Under the pieces are notes generated by a model that did not search any database, was not told the origin of the DNA, and saw nothing but the letters and a program-made list of their open reading frames with translations. The translations under genes and the position numbers were made by a program. From an uncultured Candidatus Saccharibacteria bacterium (GTDB lineage: Bacteria; Patescibacteriota; CPR2_A; CAYFQT01), in the NCBI GenBank assembly GCA_964345445.1, contig CAYFQT010000038.1:30893-94892 (forward strand): 64,000 nucleotides of DNA. Direction: 5' to 3'. Below, in pieces: positions 1 through 8,862 of this stretch (its first letter is position 1; each line of letters opens with the position of its first letter).

Positions 1-1
1 T

Positions 2-667
2 TCAGCTTTTAATTTTCGGGATGTAATGGATCAGCAAAAAATTCTTTTAGTTAATTTATCGCGAGGGAAAATTGGCGATGTAAACAGTGACCTTCTAGGA
101 ATGATTTTGGTATCTAAATTGCAAATGGCCGCCATGGGTCGAGCTGATATTCCAGAAAGTGAAAGAAAAGATTTTTATTTATATGTTGATGAGTTTCAAA
201 ATTTTGCTACTGATTCTTTTGCTACAATACTTTCCCAGGCTCGAAAATATCATCTTAATTTAATTACTGCTAATCAATATATAGCTCAGCTTGAAGAACA
301 AGTTCGTGATGCGGTTTTTGGCAATATTGGAACATTAATTTGTTTTAGGGTGGGTGCTCAAGATAGCGAATTTTTGGCTCGAGAATTTCATCCAGTATTT
401 TCAGAGAGTGATTTAGTAAATATAGATAGATTTAATACCTATATTAAACTTTTGATTGATGGCACAGCTTCCAGACCTTTTTCTATGCAAACTGTTAAAA
501 CAGAAGGTGAGGAGAACAAAGATGTTACTTTGTCTATTAAAGAGCTTTCTCGCCTGAAATATGGAAAAGATAAAAAAGTTGTAGATAAAGAAATTGGAGA
601 AAGAGTAGATATAGAAAGTGTAAGTGAATTTCCAATATCATCAGGGGAGGAGATGAGGAGAGAATAA
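2..667 (+). CDS. C-terminal part (5' end outside window) of a TraD/TraG/VirD4-like P-loop ATPase; paralog of the C-terminus of the 39630..42482 protein
   Basis: Frame is open from position 2. LYVDEFQNF Walker-B-like motif and ANQYIAQ...VFGNIGTL block align to the C-terminal 200 aa of the 950-aa minus-strand ATPase. Lys/Glu-rich tail. Confidence 0.6.
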   Translation, partial: SAFNFRDVMDQQKILLVNLSRGKIGDVNSDLLGMILVSKLQMAAMGRADIPESERKDFYLYVDEFQNFATDSFATILSQARKYHLNLITANQYIAQLEEQVRDAVFGNIGTLICFRVGAQDSEFLAREFHPVFSESDLVNIDRFNTYIKLLIDGTASRPFSMQTVKTEGEENKDVTLSIKELSRLKYGKDKKVVDKEIGERVDIESVSEFPISSGEEMRRE

Positions 668-728
668 GTTAGTTATAGTTAAGTAGTAAGCAATAAATAA
701 AGAATAAGATTGTCTAAGAGGTAAAAAA

Positions 729-1013
729 ATGGGAGAAAAATTACCAAATTTTGAGGATCATTATAAGGAAATCCAAAAAGAATTACAAGGTGCAGAAAAT
801 AGAGATTTAAGTACAGAAGATAAAGTAGTAGATAGATTAAATTCTTTAGCAGAATCTTTAGGTTTTAAGAACCCTGAAGATAAACAAAGATTTTTCGAGG
901 AGGCAGAAGAAATAGCTGAGAAATCAATCTTTGATTTTAAAAATGAAGATGTAGATAAAATCAAAGATGAATTATGTGATCAATATAGTGATAGTAATAG
1001 AAGAGAAAATTGA
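729..1013 (+). CDS. small highly acidic hypothetical protein
   Basis: 94-aa ORF rich in D/E immediately downstream of the ATPase fragment; no recognisable domain. Confidence 0.35.
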   Translation: MGEKLPNFEDHYKEIQKELQGAENRDLSTEDKVVDRLNSLAESLGFKNPEDKQRFFEEAEEIAEKSIFDFKNEDVDKIKDELCDQYSDSNRREN

Positions 1014-1039
1014 AGATATTTTAAGTATTAAAAATAAAT

Positions 1040-1068
1040 TTGCAAAAAATTTATAAAAGGTATATAAT
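1040..1068 (+). promoter_or_regulatory. sigma70-like promoter TTGCAA-17-TATAAT
   Basis: TTGCAA at 1040-1045, 17-nt spacer, TATAAT at 1063-1068, about 75 nt upstream of the 1142 start. Confidence 0.5.
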
Positions 1069-1141
1069 AAATTCCACTTTGTAAAAATCAAATAAATATA
1101 TAAAGTTTAAAACACAGATAAAAACCAAGGGAGGAAACAAA

Positions 1142-1744
1142 ATGTCCAAATTATCTAAATTAGAAGTTATTAGACAAATGTTAGAAAGTGCAGAAAATAA
1201 TATTGCTTCAGCTCGTGAACTTTTAAAAGAAGTTATGGGAATAAAAGGAACAGCAGATGTAAGTAAAAAAGCTAAAAATCTTTCTATCTCTGAGGGGGGA
1301 GAAATAATTGAAGGTGTTTTTGATGGAGAAAATATGATTGGTCCTGATGGTCAAAAATATCCTGTGCCGGCAAATTACGCTTCTAAATCTAAATTAGTTT
1401 TTGGAGATGTATTGAAACTTACTATTACCCAAGACGGTTCTTATATTTATAAACAGATTGGTCCAGTGGAAAGAAAAAAGGTTATTGGAGTATTAACCCA
1501 AGAAGATGATAATTTTAAAGTATTAGCTGAAGGGAAGACTTATAGTGTCCTGCAGGCTTCAGTTACTTATTTTAAAGCCAATATAGGTGATGAAGTAACC
1601 TTAATTGTTCCTAAGATGCAAGAAAGTGATTGGGGTGCTATTGAGAATGTAATTATTAAGCCTCAAAAAGAAGCTGTAACTGCAAAAACACAAAAAGAAG
1701 CAAAAACGCAAAAAGAAAAAGAGAAGAAGAAAAAGAAGAAGTAA
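1142..1744 (+). CDS. hypothetical protein with poly-lysine C-terminal tail
   Basis: 200-aa ORF with good SD (GGGAGG); ends KEKEKKKKKK; no recognised domain. Confidence 0.5.
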   Translation: MSKLSKLEVIRQMLESAENNIASARELLKEVMGIKGTADVSKKAKNLSISEGGEIIEGVFDGENMIGPDGQKYPVPANYASKSKLVFGDVLKLTITQDGSYIYKQIGPVERKKVIGVLTQEDDNFKVLAEGKTYSVLQASVTYFKANIGDEVTLIVPKMQESDWGAIENVIIKPQKEAVTAKTQKEAKTQKEKEKKKKKK

Positions 1745-1766
1745 AATACTTTAGGCGATAAATAAA

Positions 1767-1791
1767 TAGACGGTGACTCCGTCTATTTTTT
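1767..1791 (+). terminator. Rho-independent terminator
   Basis: TAGACGG-TGACT-CCGTCTA hairpin followed by TTTTTT. Confidence 0.6.
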
Positions 1792-1905
1792 ATATCAAGA
1801 TTATGTTTTTTACCCCGTTGACTTTTTTACTTTTTTGTTTTAAATTGAAAGATAGTAAGGTGAATAAGGGATAAGGAATAAGGAATAGGGAAGGGGAGTG
1901 AATTT

Positions 1906-3516
1906 ATGGTTTCAAAATCAAAAGATATAAAGAAGGAAGTAGTTCTATATCGGAAATGGAGACCTCAGTTTTTTTCTGAGATTATTGCTCAAAATCATAT
2001 TAAAAAAACATTGCAAAATGCTATAATTAAAAATCGTATTTCCCATGCTTATATTTTTTGTGGTCCTCGAGGAACAGGTAAAACATCAGTAGCTCGCCTT
2101 TTAGCTAAAGCAGTTAATTGCACAAATTCTAAGTCAGGAGAGCCATGTAATGAATGTAAAACTTGTTCTGAAACTTCTTCTGGTAGAAGCTTAGATCTTA
2201 TTGAAATTGATGGTGCATCAAATAGGGGGATTGATGAAATTAGAGAATTAAGGGAGAAAATTAGATTCAGTCCTTCTTCTGCTTTATATAAAGTTTTTAT
2301 TATTGATGAAGTTCATATGTTAACTCGCGAAGCTTTTAATGCTTTACTTAAAACTTTAGAAGAACCACCAGAGCATGCTATTTTTATTTTGGTAACTACT
2401 GAAGTACATAAGATCCCTCCCACTGTTCTTTCTCGTTGTCAAAGATTTGATTTTGAAAGAATTTCTATAAAAGATTTAATAAATAGGTTATATTTTATAG
2501 CCAGTAAAGAAAATTTAAATGTAGATAAAAGGGTTTTACAACTTATTGCCCAAAATGCTGAGGGAGGATTACGAGATGCTATTTCTCTTTTAGATCAATT
2601 AGTATCTTATGGAGGGAAGAATATAAATTTAGATCAAATTAGATCAGTTTTAGGCCTTGCTGATATAAAAACCTTGGAAAAGTTAATGGATTTGTTAATT
2701 AAAAAAGATACTACACATGCTATCAAACTTGTAAATGATGTTTTTTCTAAAGGTTATGATCTTCATCAATTTGCAAAAGGAATGATTGAATATTTAAGGA
2801 GTATTTTGATTGTTAAATTAAACCAAGATAATAAAATATTACAGGTATCTCCTGAACAATTTAAGAAAATAATTTCTCAATCAAAAGAAATTAAACTAGA
2901 TGAAGTTTTGTATTTAATAAAATTATTTATTAAAGCAGAAAAAGATTTAAAATCTGCTACTTTTCCTCAATTACCTTTAGAATTAGTATTAGTTGAAGCA
3001 AACAAAGGTAGTTCGAATATTTCTCAAGAAGATATTTCCCCGCCCGACGGCTTTTCTTCCGACAAGATGGGCAAGGCAGGGGGCACGGACAGAGATGTGC
3101 CTATGGCGCAAAAAATAAAGGCAAAAAACAAACCAGCAGATGAAATTAATTCTAAAAAAGATAATATTGACATAAAGAAATTTTTAGATCTTTGGGAGGA
3201 AGTTCTAGAGGAAGTAAAATATTATAATCATTCTGTTCGAGCTTTCCTGAAAGCTTCTCGCCCTGTAGCTATAAAAGACGATGAAATTACTTTAGAATTT
3301 TTCTATCCCTTTCATAAAGAACGGATTGAGGATGATAAGAACCTTTCCTTGGTAGAAAAAGCTGTTTTTAAAGTAACTAAAAAGTCTTATAAGATTCACT
3401 GTATTTTAAGTGATAAAAATATTTCAGGATTTCAAAAGACTCAAAAAAATGATGGTAATGAAGATGGTGGTTTATTTCAAAATGCCCAGAAAATTTTCAA
3501 AGATCAGACAGAATAA
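1906..3516 (+). CDS. dnaX: DNA polymerase III subunit gamma/tau
   Basis: GPRGTGKTS Walker A, IIDEVHML, SRCQRFDF clamp-loader motifs. Confidence 0.9.
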   Translation: MVSKSKDIKKEVVLYRKWRPQFFSEIIAQNHIKKTLQNAIIKNRISHAYIFCGPRGTGKTSVARLLAKAVNCTNSKSGEPCNECKTCSETSSGRSLDLIEIDGASNRGIDEIRELREKIRFSPSSALYKVFIIDEVHMLTREAFNALLKTLEEPPEHAIFILVTTEVHKIPPTVLSRCQRFDFERISIKDLINRLYFIASKENLNVDKRVLQLIAQNAEGGLRDAISLLDQLVSYGGKNINLDQIRSVLGLADIKTLEKLMDLLIKKDTTHAIKLVNDVFSKGYDLHQFAKGMIEYLRSILIVKLNQDNKILQVSPEQFKKIISQSKEIKLDEVLYLIKLFIKAEKDLKSATFPQLPLELVLVEANKGSSNISQEDISPPDGFSSDKMGKAGGTDRDVPMAQKIKAKNKPADEINSKKDNIDIKKFLDLWEEVLEEVKYYNHSVRAFLKASRPVAIKDDEITLEFFYPFHKERIEDDKNLSLVEKAVFKVTKKSYKIHCILSDKNISGFQKTQKNDGNEDGGLFQNAQKIFKDQTE

Positions 3517-3665
3517 AAACTCTGTGGCTTTTTAACTACAGTTCCTTGAAGATATTAAAAGCTGTGGATAATTATATTTGTATTTTTTTTATTTTGTAGT
3601 ATAATAAATTTTGTTTATTGTAATTAAAATAAATAATTTATAGGTTTTAACTTTAGGAATAATCG

Positions 3666-5018
3666 ATGGAAGAAATCAATGAAAAAATTCCTCCTCAAAA
3701 TATTGAGGCTGAACAGTGTGTTTTAGGTTGTCTTTTGTTAGATAAAGAGTCAATTGTTAAGATAGCAGATATTTTAAGCCCTTCAGATTTTTATCGAGAG
3801 AATCATGGGTTAATATTTAAGGTAATTTCAGAATTATATGAGCAAAGAAATCCTATAGATTTAGTTACTACCTCTAATAAATTAGAAGAAGAAGGACAAT
3901 TGGAGCAAATAGGAGGAGCAAGTTACTTGACTGTATTAGTAAATAGTGTTCCTTCTGCTGCACATGTAACATATTATGCCGATATTGTTCAACATAAGGC
4001 AACATTAAGAAGATTAATTTCAGCAGCTAATGAAATTACATCATTAGGATTTGAGGAAAATAAAGATTTAGATAAAATTTTAGATAAAGCAGAACAAACT
4101 TTATTTTCTGTTTCTCAAAAATATCTCAAGCAAAATTTTATTTCCATTAAAGAAGTATTAACCGAATCCTTTGATAGAATTGACAAATTACATAAAGATA
4201 AAGGTACATTACGAGGTATTGCCACTGGTTTTGTGGAATTAGATAGAATTTTAGCCGGCCTGCAAGCTGCAGATTTAATTATTGTGGCTGGCCGTCCAGC
4301 AATGGGTAAAACTTGTCTTGCTTTGAATATTGCTCAACATATAACTTCAGAGGAAAATGTTCCAGTAGGTATTTTTAGTTTAGAAATGTCCAAAGAACAA
4401 TTAGTAGATAGATTAATTTGTTCAGAAGCAGGGGTAGATTCTTGGAAATTAAGAACAGGTAATTTAGCAGATGAGGATTTTCCTAAAATAGGCCATGCAA
4501 TGGGAGTGCTTTCTGAAGCTCCTTTGTTTATAGATGATTCTCCTAATGTTAATGCAATGGAGATTCGTACTAAAGCTCGTCGTCTTCAATCTGAACAAGG
4601 TTTAGGAATAATTATAGTAGATTATCTTCAGTTAATGCAAGGTCGTAAATTAAAAAGTGATATAAATAGAGTTCAAGAGATTTCCGATATTTCAAGGGCT
4701 CTGAAATCACTTGCTCGAGAAATTAATGTTCCAGTGGTTGCGGTATCTCAACTTTCTCGAGCAGTAGAAACAAGACCTGACAGAATTCCTCAACTTGCCG
4801 ATCTGAGAGAATCAGGTTCTATTGAGCAAGATGCAGATGTAGTAATGTTTATTTACAGAGAAGATTATTATAATAAAGATACAGAAAGAAAAAATGTTGC
4901 TGATATCTTTATTAAAAAGCATAGAAATGGTCCCACAGGTCAAATAGAATTATATTTTCAACCTGAGCAAATGAAGTTTTCTAATTTGGAAAGAAAAAGG
5001 GAAGGGGTAGAAATATAA
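3666..5018 (+). CDS. dnaB: replicative DNA helicase
   Basis: GRPAMGKT Walker A, IIVDYLQLM, SQLSR motifs typical of DnaB. Confidence 0.93.
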   Translation: MEEINEKIPPQNIEAEQCVLGCLLLDKESIVKIADILSPSDFYRENHGLIFKVISELYEQRNPIDLVTTSNKLEEEGQLEQIGGASYLTVLVNSVPSAAHVTYYADIVQHKATLRRLISAANEITSLGFEENKDLDKILDKAEQTLFSVSQKYLKQNFISIKEVLTESFDRIDKLHKDKGTLRGIATGFVELDRILAGLQAADLIIVAGRPAMGKTCLALNIAQHITSEENVPVGIFSLEMSKEQLVDRLICSEAGVDSWKLRTGNLADEDFPKIGHAMGVLSEAPLFIDDSPNVNAMEIRTKARRLQSEQGLGIIIVDYLQLMQGRKLKSDINRVQEISDISRALKSLAREINVPVVAVSQLSRAVETRPDRIPQLADLRESGSIEQDADVVMFIYREDYYNKDTERKNVADIFIKKHRNGPTGQIELYFQPEQMKFSNLERKREGVEI

Positions 5019-5185
5019 AATCATTAATATTGTAATGTAGTTAGTCGAGTTAAACGAAGTATCTTCCCGGCAAAGCCGGGACTCGTGGTAAACATATGGT
5101 TTTAATGAGCGAAGCGATGCTATGCTACGGGTGTGAAGCATAATACTACGACTACTACATTTACTAACTTTTTATAATAATAGTA

Positions 5186-5209
5186 GCCGAGCTTAGCTCG
5201 GTCTTTTTA
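5186..5209 (+). terminator. Rho-independent terminator
   Basis: GCCGAGC-TTA-GCTCGGT hairpin followed by CTTTTTAT. Confidence 0.55.
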
Positions 5210-5341
5210 TTGCAATAAATCCCAATTTTTCATATAATTAAACTAATTACATTAGAGAATATAATAAAAATTATTTAATTACGCTGGAGCTGTGCGAAAG
5301 CACTAATTAAATAAATATTAATACTTAATTTTATCAGAAAG

Positions 5342-5962
5342 ATGGAAGAGCAAAAGATTAAACTTTTAAAATCAGATATTTTAGCCTCTTTATTAATAGG
5401 AATTCTGGCTTTTTTATTTTCATTAATCATAATCAAAAATTTAGCAATTAAAATTCCTTATTATCAGAGTGCTTTATTTTTTATCCCTCTTTGTTTAGTG
5501 GGAATTTATATTGGCTATTTACTTGGTCGAATAAAAAAAGTGTTTTTTCAATTTACTAAATTTGGTGAAACTGGTGGATTAAATTTGTTGGTAGATTTTG
5601 GTGTTTTAAATTTACTTATTTTATTTACAGGAATTAGTACAGGAATCTTGTACTCGGTTTTTAAAGCCATTTCCTTTACAGTGGCAGTTATCAATAGTTA
5701 TGTTTGGAATAAATTCTGGGTTTTTAAAAAAACAGGTTCTTCTAAAGAGACGAGTAAGGAGTTTGTTAATTTCATTATTGTAAGTTTAATTGGATTAGGA
5801 ATTAATGTATTATTAGCCAGCTTAATAGTTTATTTTTCTTCCCTGGGTAATCCACAACCACAATGGGAGAAGATTTGGGCAAATATAGGTGCTGCTTTTG
5901 GTTCTATTACAGCTATGATTTGGAATTTTATTGGATATAAATTTTTAGTATTCAAGAAATAA
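5342..5962 (+). CDS. GtrA-family polyisoprenoid-linked glycan translocation membrane protein, with 2-TM N-terminal extension
   Basis: QFTKFGETGGLNLLVDFGVLNLL matches the GtrA signature; multiple TM helices. Confidence 0.7.
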   Translation: MEEQKIKLLKSDILASLLIGILAFLFSLIIIKNLAIKIPYYQSALFFIPLCLVGIYIGYLLGRIKKVFFQFTKFGETGGLNLLVDFGVLNLLILFTGISTGILYSVFKAISFTVAVINSYVWNKFWVFKKTGSSKETSKEFVNFIIVSLIGLGINVLLASLIVYFSSLGNPQPQWEKIWANIGAAFGSITAMIWNFIGYKFLVFKK

Positions 5963-5997
5963 TTGCATTTAAATAAATATAAATAGGAGAATAGAAT

Positions 5998-6786
5998 ATG
6001 AAAGAAAGGCCTTATCTAACAATTATCATTCCTACTTATAATGAAGCTAAGCGTATTGGAAAGACTTTGGATGCTGTAGCTGATTTTTTAAAGAAACAAA
6101 AATATTCTGCTGAAATTTTGGTAATGGATGGAGGAAGCAAAGATGACACAAAAGGAGTTGTTAAAGTAAAAGAGGAATTGTTTGATGATATCCAATTTAT
6201 AGATGTTAGCAAAAACACTGAGGGCAGAAGCGGAAAAGGTTATGCAGTGAGATGTGGAATGATGAAAGCAAGGGGCCGATATGTTATGTTTACTGATGCT
6301 GACAATTCTACTCCCATTTCTGAAGTTGATAAACTTTTGCCTTATATGAAAGAATATGCAGTGGTAATTGGTTCTAGATATTTAAAAAGAGAAACTGTTA
6401 AAATAAAACAGCCTTGGTATAGGATTCTTTTGTCTCGAGCAGGTAATCTTTTGATTAAATTTTTAGTATTACCGGGCATTTTTGATACTCAATGCGGATT
6501 TAAAATATTTCGGCAAATAACAGCAAAAAAAATATTTTGCTTTCAATATATTGACGGATGGGGTTTTGACATGGAGATTTTGACTATAGCCTATAATTTG
6601 GGATATAAAATTAAAGAGGTATCAGTTTCCTGGTATGATGCCGGTGGCTCCAAAGTTCATTTATTTAAAGATAGTCTTAAAACATTAGCTGATTTATTAA
6701 AAATTAAATGGAATTTATTAACTGGGAAATATAGTAAGAAAAAATTACTTGATTGTCTTTTAGAAAAAGGATTGATTAAGAAATAA
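5998..6786 (+). CDS. GT2 polyprenyl-phosphate glycosyltransferase (GtrB/DPM1-like)
   Basis: IIIPTYNEAKRI N-terminus, TDADNS DXD motif. Confidence 0.85.
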   Translation: MKERPYLTIIIPTYNEAKRIGKTLDAVADFLKKQKYSAEILVMDGGSKDDTKGVVKVKEELFDDIQFIDVSKNTEGRSGKGYAVRCGMMKARGRYVMFTDADNSTPISEVDKLLPYMKEYAVVIGSRYLKRETVKIKQPWYRILLSRAGNLLIKFLVLPGIFDTQCGFKIFRQITAKKIFCFQYIDGWGFDMEILTIAYNLGYKIKEVSVSWYDAGGSKVHLFKDSLKTLADLLKIKWNLLTGKYSKKKLLDCLLEKGLIKK

Positions 6787-6874
6787 TTAAATAACTGAAA
6801 AACTTAATAAATAAAGAACCAAATAACAAAAAAACAGAAAAATAGAATTGTTATTAAGTTGGAAGTAAAAGTAT

Positions 6875-8650
6875 ATGGACAAATTATCATCTTTTATCAA
6901 AAAACACAAAGTCAAATTGATAGTTGGTTTATTATTAACTGTTATGTTTTTTACAATGCTTGCATCTTCTGTGGGAGATTCAGGAATTGTTGATGAAATA
7001 GCTCATATTCCTGCTGGTTATTCTTATTTAACTACCGGCGATTTTCGAATTAATCCTGAGCATCCTCCTTTGATTAAATCTCTGTCAGCTGTTCCTTTAT
7101 TATTTTTAGGATTGAAATTTCCTTATAAATATTGGCAAGCTTATGGTAATAATCAATGGGAGCTGGGTTGGAAATTTATTTACCATTTTGGTAACAATCC
7201 TGATCGTATCTTTTTTTGGGCTAGAATCCCTATAATTTTATTAGCTTTATTATTAGGTTATTTTGTTTTCAGGTGGGCAAGAGAGCTTTATGGAGCAAAA
7301 GCAGGAATTTTTGCTTTATTTTTATATTCATTTTCTCCTAACATCATTGCCCATTCTCGATTTGTAACTACTGATTTAGGAATGACTATTTTTTATGTAT
7401 TAGCTGTTTATTTTTTTGGTAGATTTTTAAAAAATCCTACTAAGAGAAATGTTGTTATTGCCGGGGTGATTTTTGGATTGGCCCAGTTGGCAAAATTTTC
7501 AGCAGTACTCCTAGGCCCGATATTTATTATCCTTGTGATATTAAAGGCTTATTCTGAGAGTAAATTTATAAAGCAAGAAGATAAATCTTGGATTTCCAAT
7601 TTACTAGCTTATTTGTTTAATAAAAAAGTTTTTAAGAATGGATTAAAATATTTAGCAAAGCTAATTTTAATTTTTACAATTGCTCTTGCCTTAATTCTTT
7701 TGGTTTATTGGGTTCATACATTCCGTATGCCTTTGGCTGTTTGTGAAGATTTAATCAAAGAGTCAATCCCAACTAATCAGAATATTCAAAATGGTCTTAT
7801 TACAATTTCTCACTTTTCTAGACCTTTGGCTCAATATCTTTTAGGATTAGCAATGGTTTTTGCTCATGTAGGAGGAGGTCATACTGCTTTTCTTTTAGGA
7901 GGTTTTTCCAGAGTAGGTTGGTGGTATTATTTCCCCGTTGCTTTTCTTGTAAAAACACCTATTCCTACTTTAATATTTTTAGTTTTAGCTATTGCCTTAA
8001 TTAGAAAATTTAAATGGAAGTTTTCGGAATGGCTTTTAATTGTCCCTGTTATTTTCTATTTTTTAATTAGTATTAAAGGTTCTTTAAATATTGGAGTAAG
8101 ACATCTTCTTCCTATTTATCCATTTATTTTTATTTATGTAAGTAAGTTAGCGCCTGGCATTCAACAATTAGCCCTTAACTCTGTTAAGTTTTCAAAAAAA
8201 TGGCTTTTTAATTCCTTTTATTTATTTTTTGCTATTTTGTGCGGCTGGTATTTATGGACTTCATTATCTATATACCCTTATTATGTTGCTTATTTTAATG
8301 AAGCAATAGGCCCTAAAAATGGTTATAAATATTTAGTTGATTCATCTTTAGATTGGGGTCAGGATTTAAAAAGATTAACTAAATATGTAGAAGAAAATAA
8401 TATTAAAAATATAAAAGTGGATTATTTCGGTGGGGGTGTGCCTCAATATTATATTCCAGATAGCATAGAGTGGCATTCTCAATATGGCAAGACTTCCGGC
8501 CCGATTGCAATTTCGGCTACTTTCTTACAAATGAGCAAGTTCTATGCTCCCTTAGAAAACCAACCTTCTTACCAGTGGATAGAGAAATATGAACCGGAGA
8601 CGGTAATTGGTCATTCGATTTTTGTGTATAATATACCTGAGGAGAAGTAA
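6875..8650 (+). CDS. GT-C family 39/83 (PMT/ArnT-like) integral membrane glycosyltransferase
   Basis: 591 aa, more than 10 TM helices, DEIAHIPAGYSY...EHPPLIK motif in the first periplasmic loop. Confidence 0.8.
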   Translation: MDKLSSFIKKHKVKLIVGLLLTVMFFTMLASSVGDSGIVDEIAHIPAGYSYLTTGDFRINPEHPPLIKSLSAVPLLFLGLKFPYKYWQAYGNNQWELGWKFIYHFGNNPDRIFFWARIPIILLALLLGYFVFRWARELYGAKAGIFALFLYSFSPNIIAHSRFVTTDLGMTIFYVLAVYFFGRFLKNPTKRNVVIAGVIFGLAQLAKFSAVLLGPIFIILVILKAYSESKFIKQEDKSWISNLLAYLFNKKVFKNGLKYLAKLILIFTIALALILLVYWVHTFRMPLAVCEDLIKESIPTNQNIQNGLITISHFSRPLAQYLLGLAMVFAHVGGGHTAFLLGGFSRVGWWYYFPVAFLVKTPIPTLIFLVLAIALIRKFKWKFSEWLLIVPVIFYFLISIKGSLNIGVRHLLPIYPFIFIYVSKLAPGIQQLALNSVKFSKKWLFNSFYLFFAILCGWYLWTSLSIYPYYVAYFNEAIGPKNGYKYLVDSSLDWGQDLKRLTKYVEENNIKNIKVDYFGGGVPQYYIPDSIEWHSQYGKTSGPIAISATFLQMSKFYAPLENQPSYQWIEKYEPETVIGHSIFVYNIPEEK

Positions 8651-8850
8651 AATAATAAATCCGAAATCCTAAATACTAAACAATTTCAAAATTCTGATGT
8701 TCCAATATTCTAAACGTTTGTTTTAGTCATTTGTATTTATATATTAGGATTTGTTTAGGATTTAGAAATTAGATATTAGGATTTATTCTTAATTAGATAT
8801 TGATTAGGCATTAGGTCAATTAGGAATTAGAAATTAACTATTACAATAAT
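8651..8850. repeat. degenerate TTAGGATT / ATTAGG repeat-rich intergenic region
   Basis: At least seven ATTAGG(A/C)(A/T)TT units within 200 nt, plus an inverted AAATCCTAA at the 5' edge. Confidence 0.5.
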
Positions 8851-8862
8851 TTGAGGTTTAAA

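Noticed and set aside
761-964. Minus-strand 67-aa ORF, and the similar short antisense ORFs at 6036..6218, 9228..9452, 10438..10629, 11586..11807, 12893..13081, 14534..14716, 15083..15295, 20255..20443, 20505..20744, 22406..22615, 27535..27729, 30642..30851, 33839..34036, 35542..35742 and 36276..36467
   Set aside because: They lie entirely antisense within well-supported conserved genes, have low-complexity or odd composition and no RBS. They are treated as shadow ORFs.
1862-1897. Purine-rich GGAATAAGG tandem motifs just upstream of start codons (also 23796-23830) and the TAACTAATAAC repeats at 29521-29550 and 63725-63745
   Set aside because: They are short and AT/purine-rich and overlap the expected SD region. 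They are likely degenerate RBS-proximal low-complexity sequence rather than discrete elements; noted only.
4950-5141. 63-aa minus-strand ORF
   Set aside because: It overlaps the dnaB 3' end and the GC-rich structured element. It has no RBS and odd composition.
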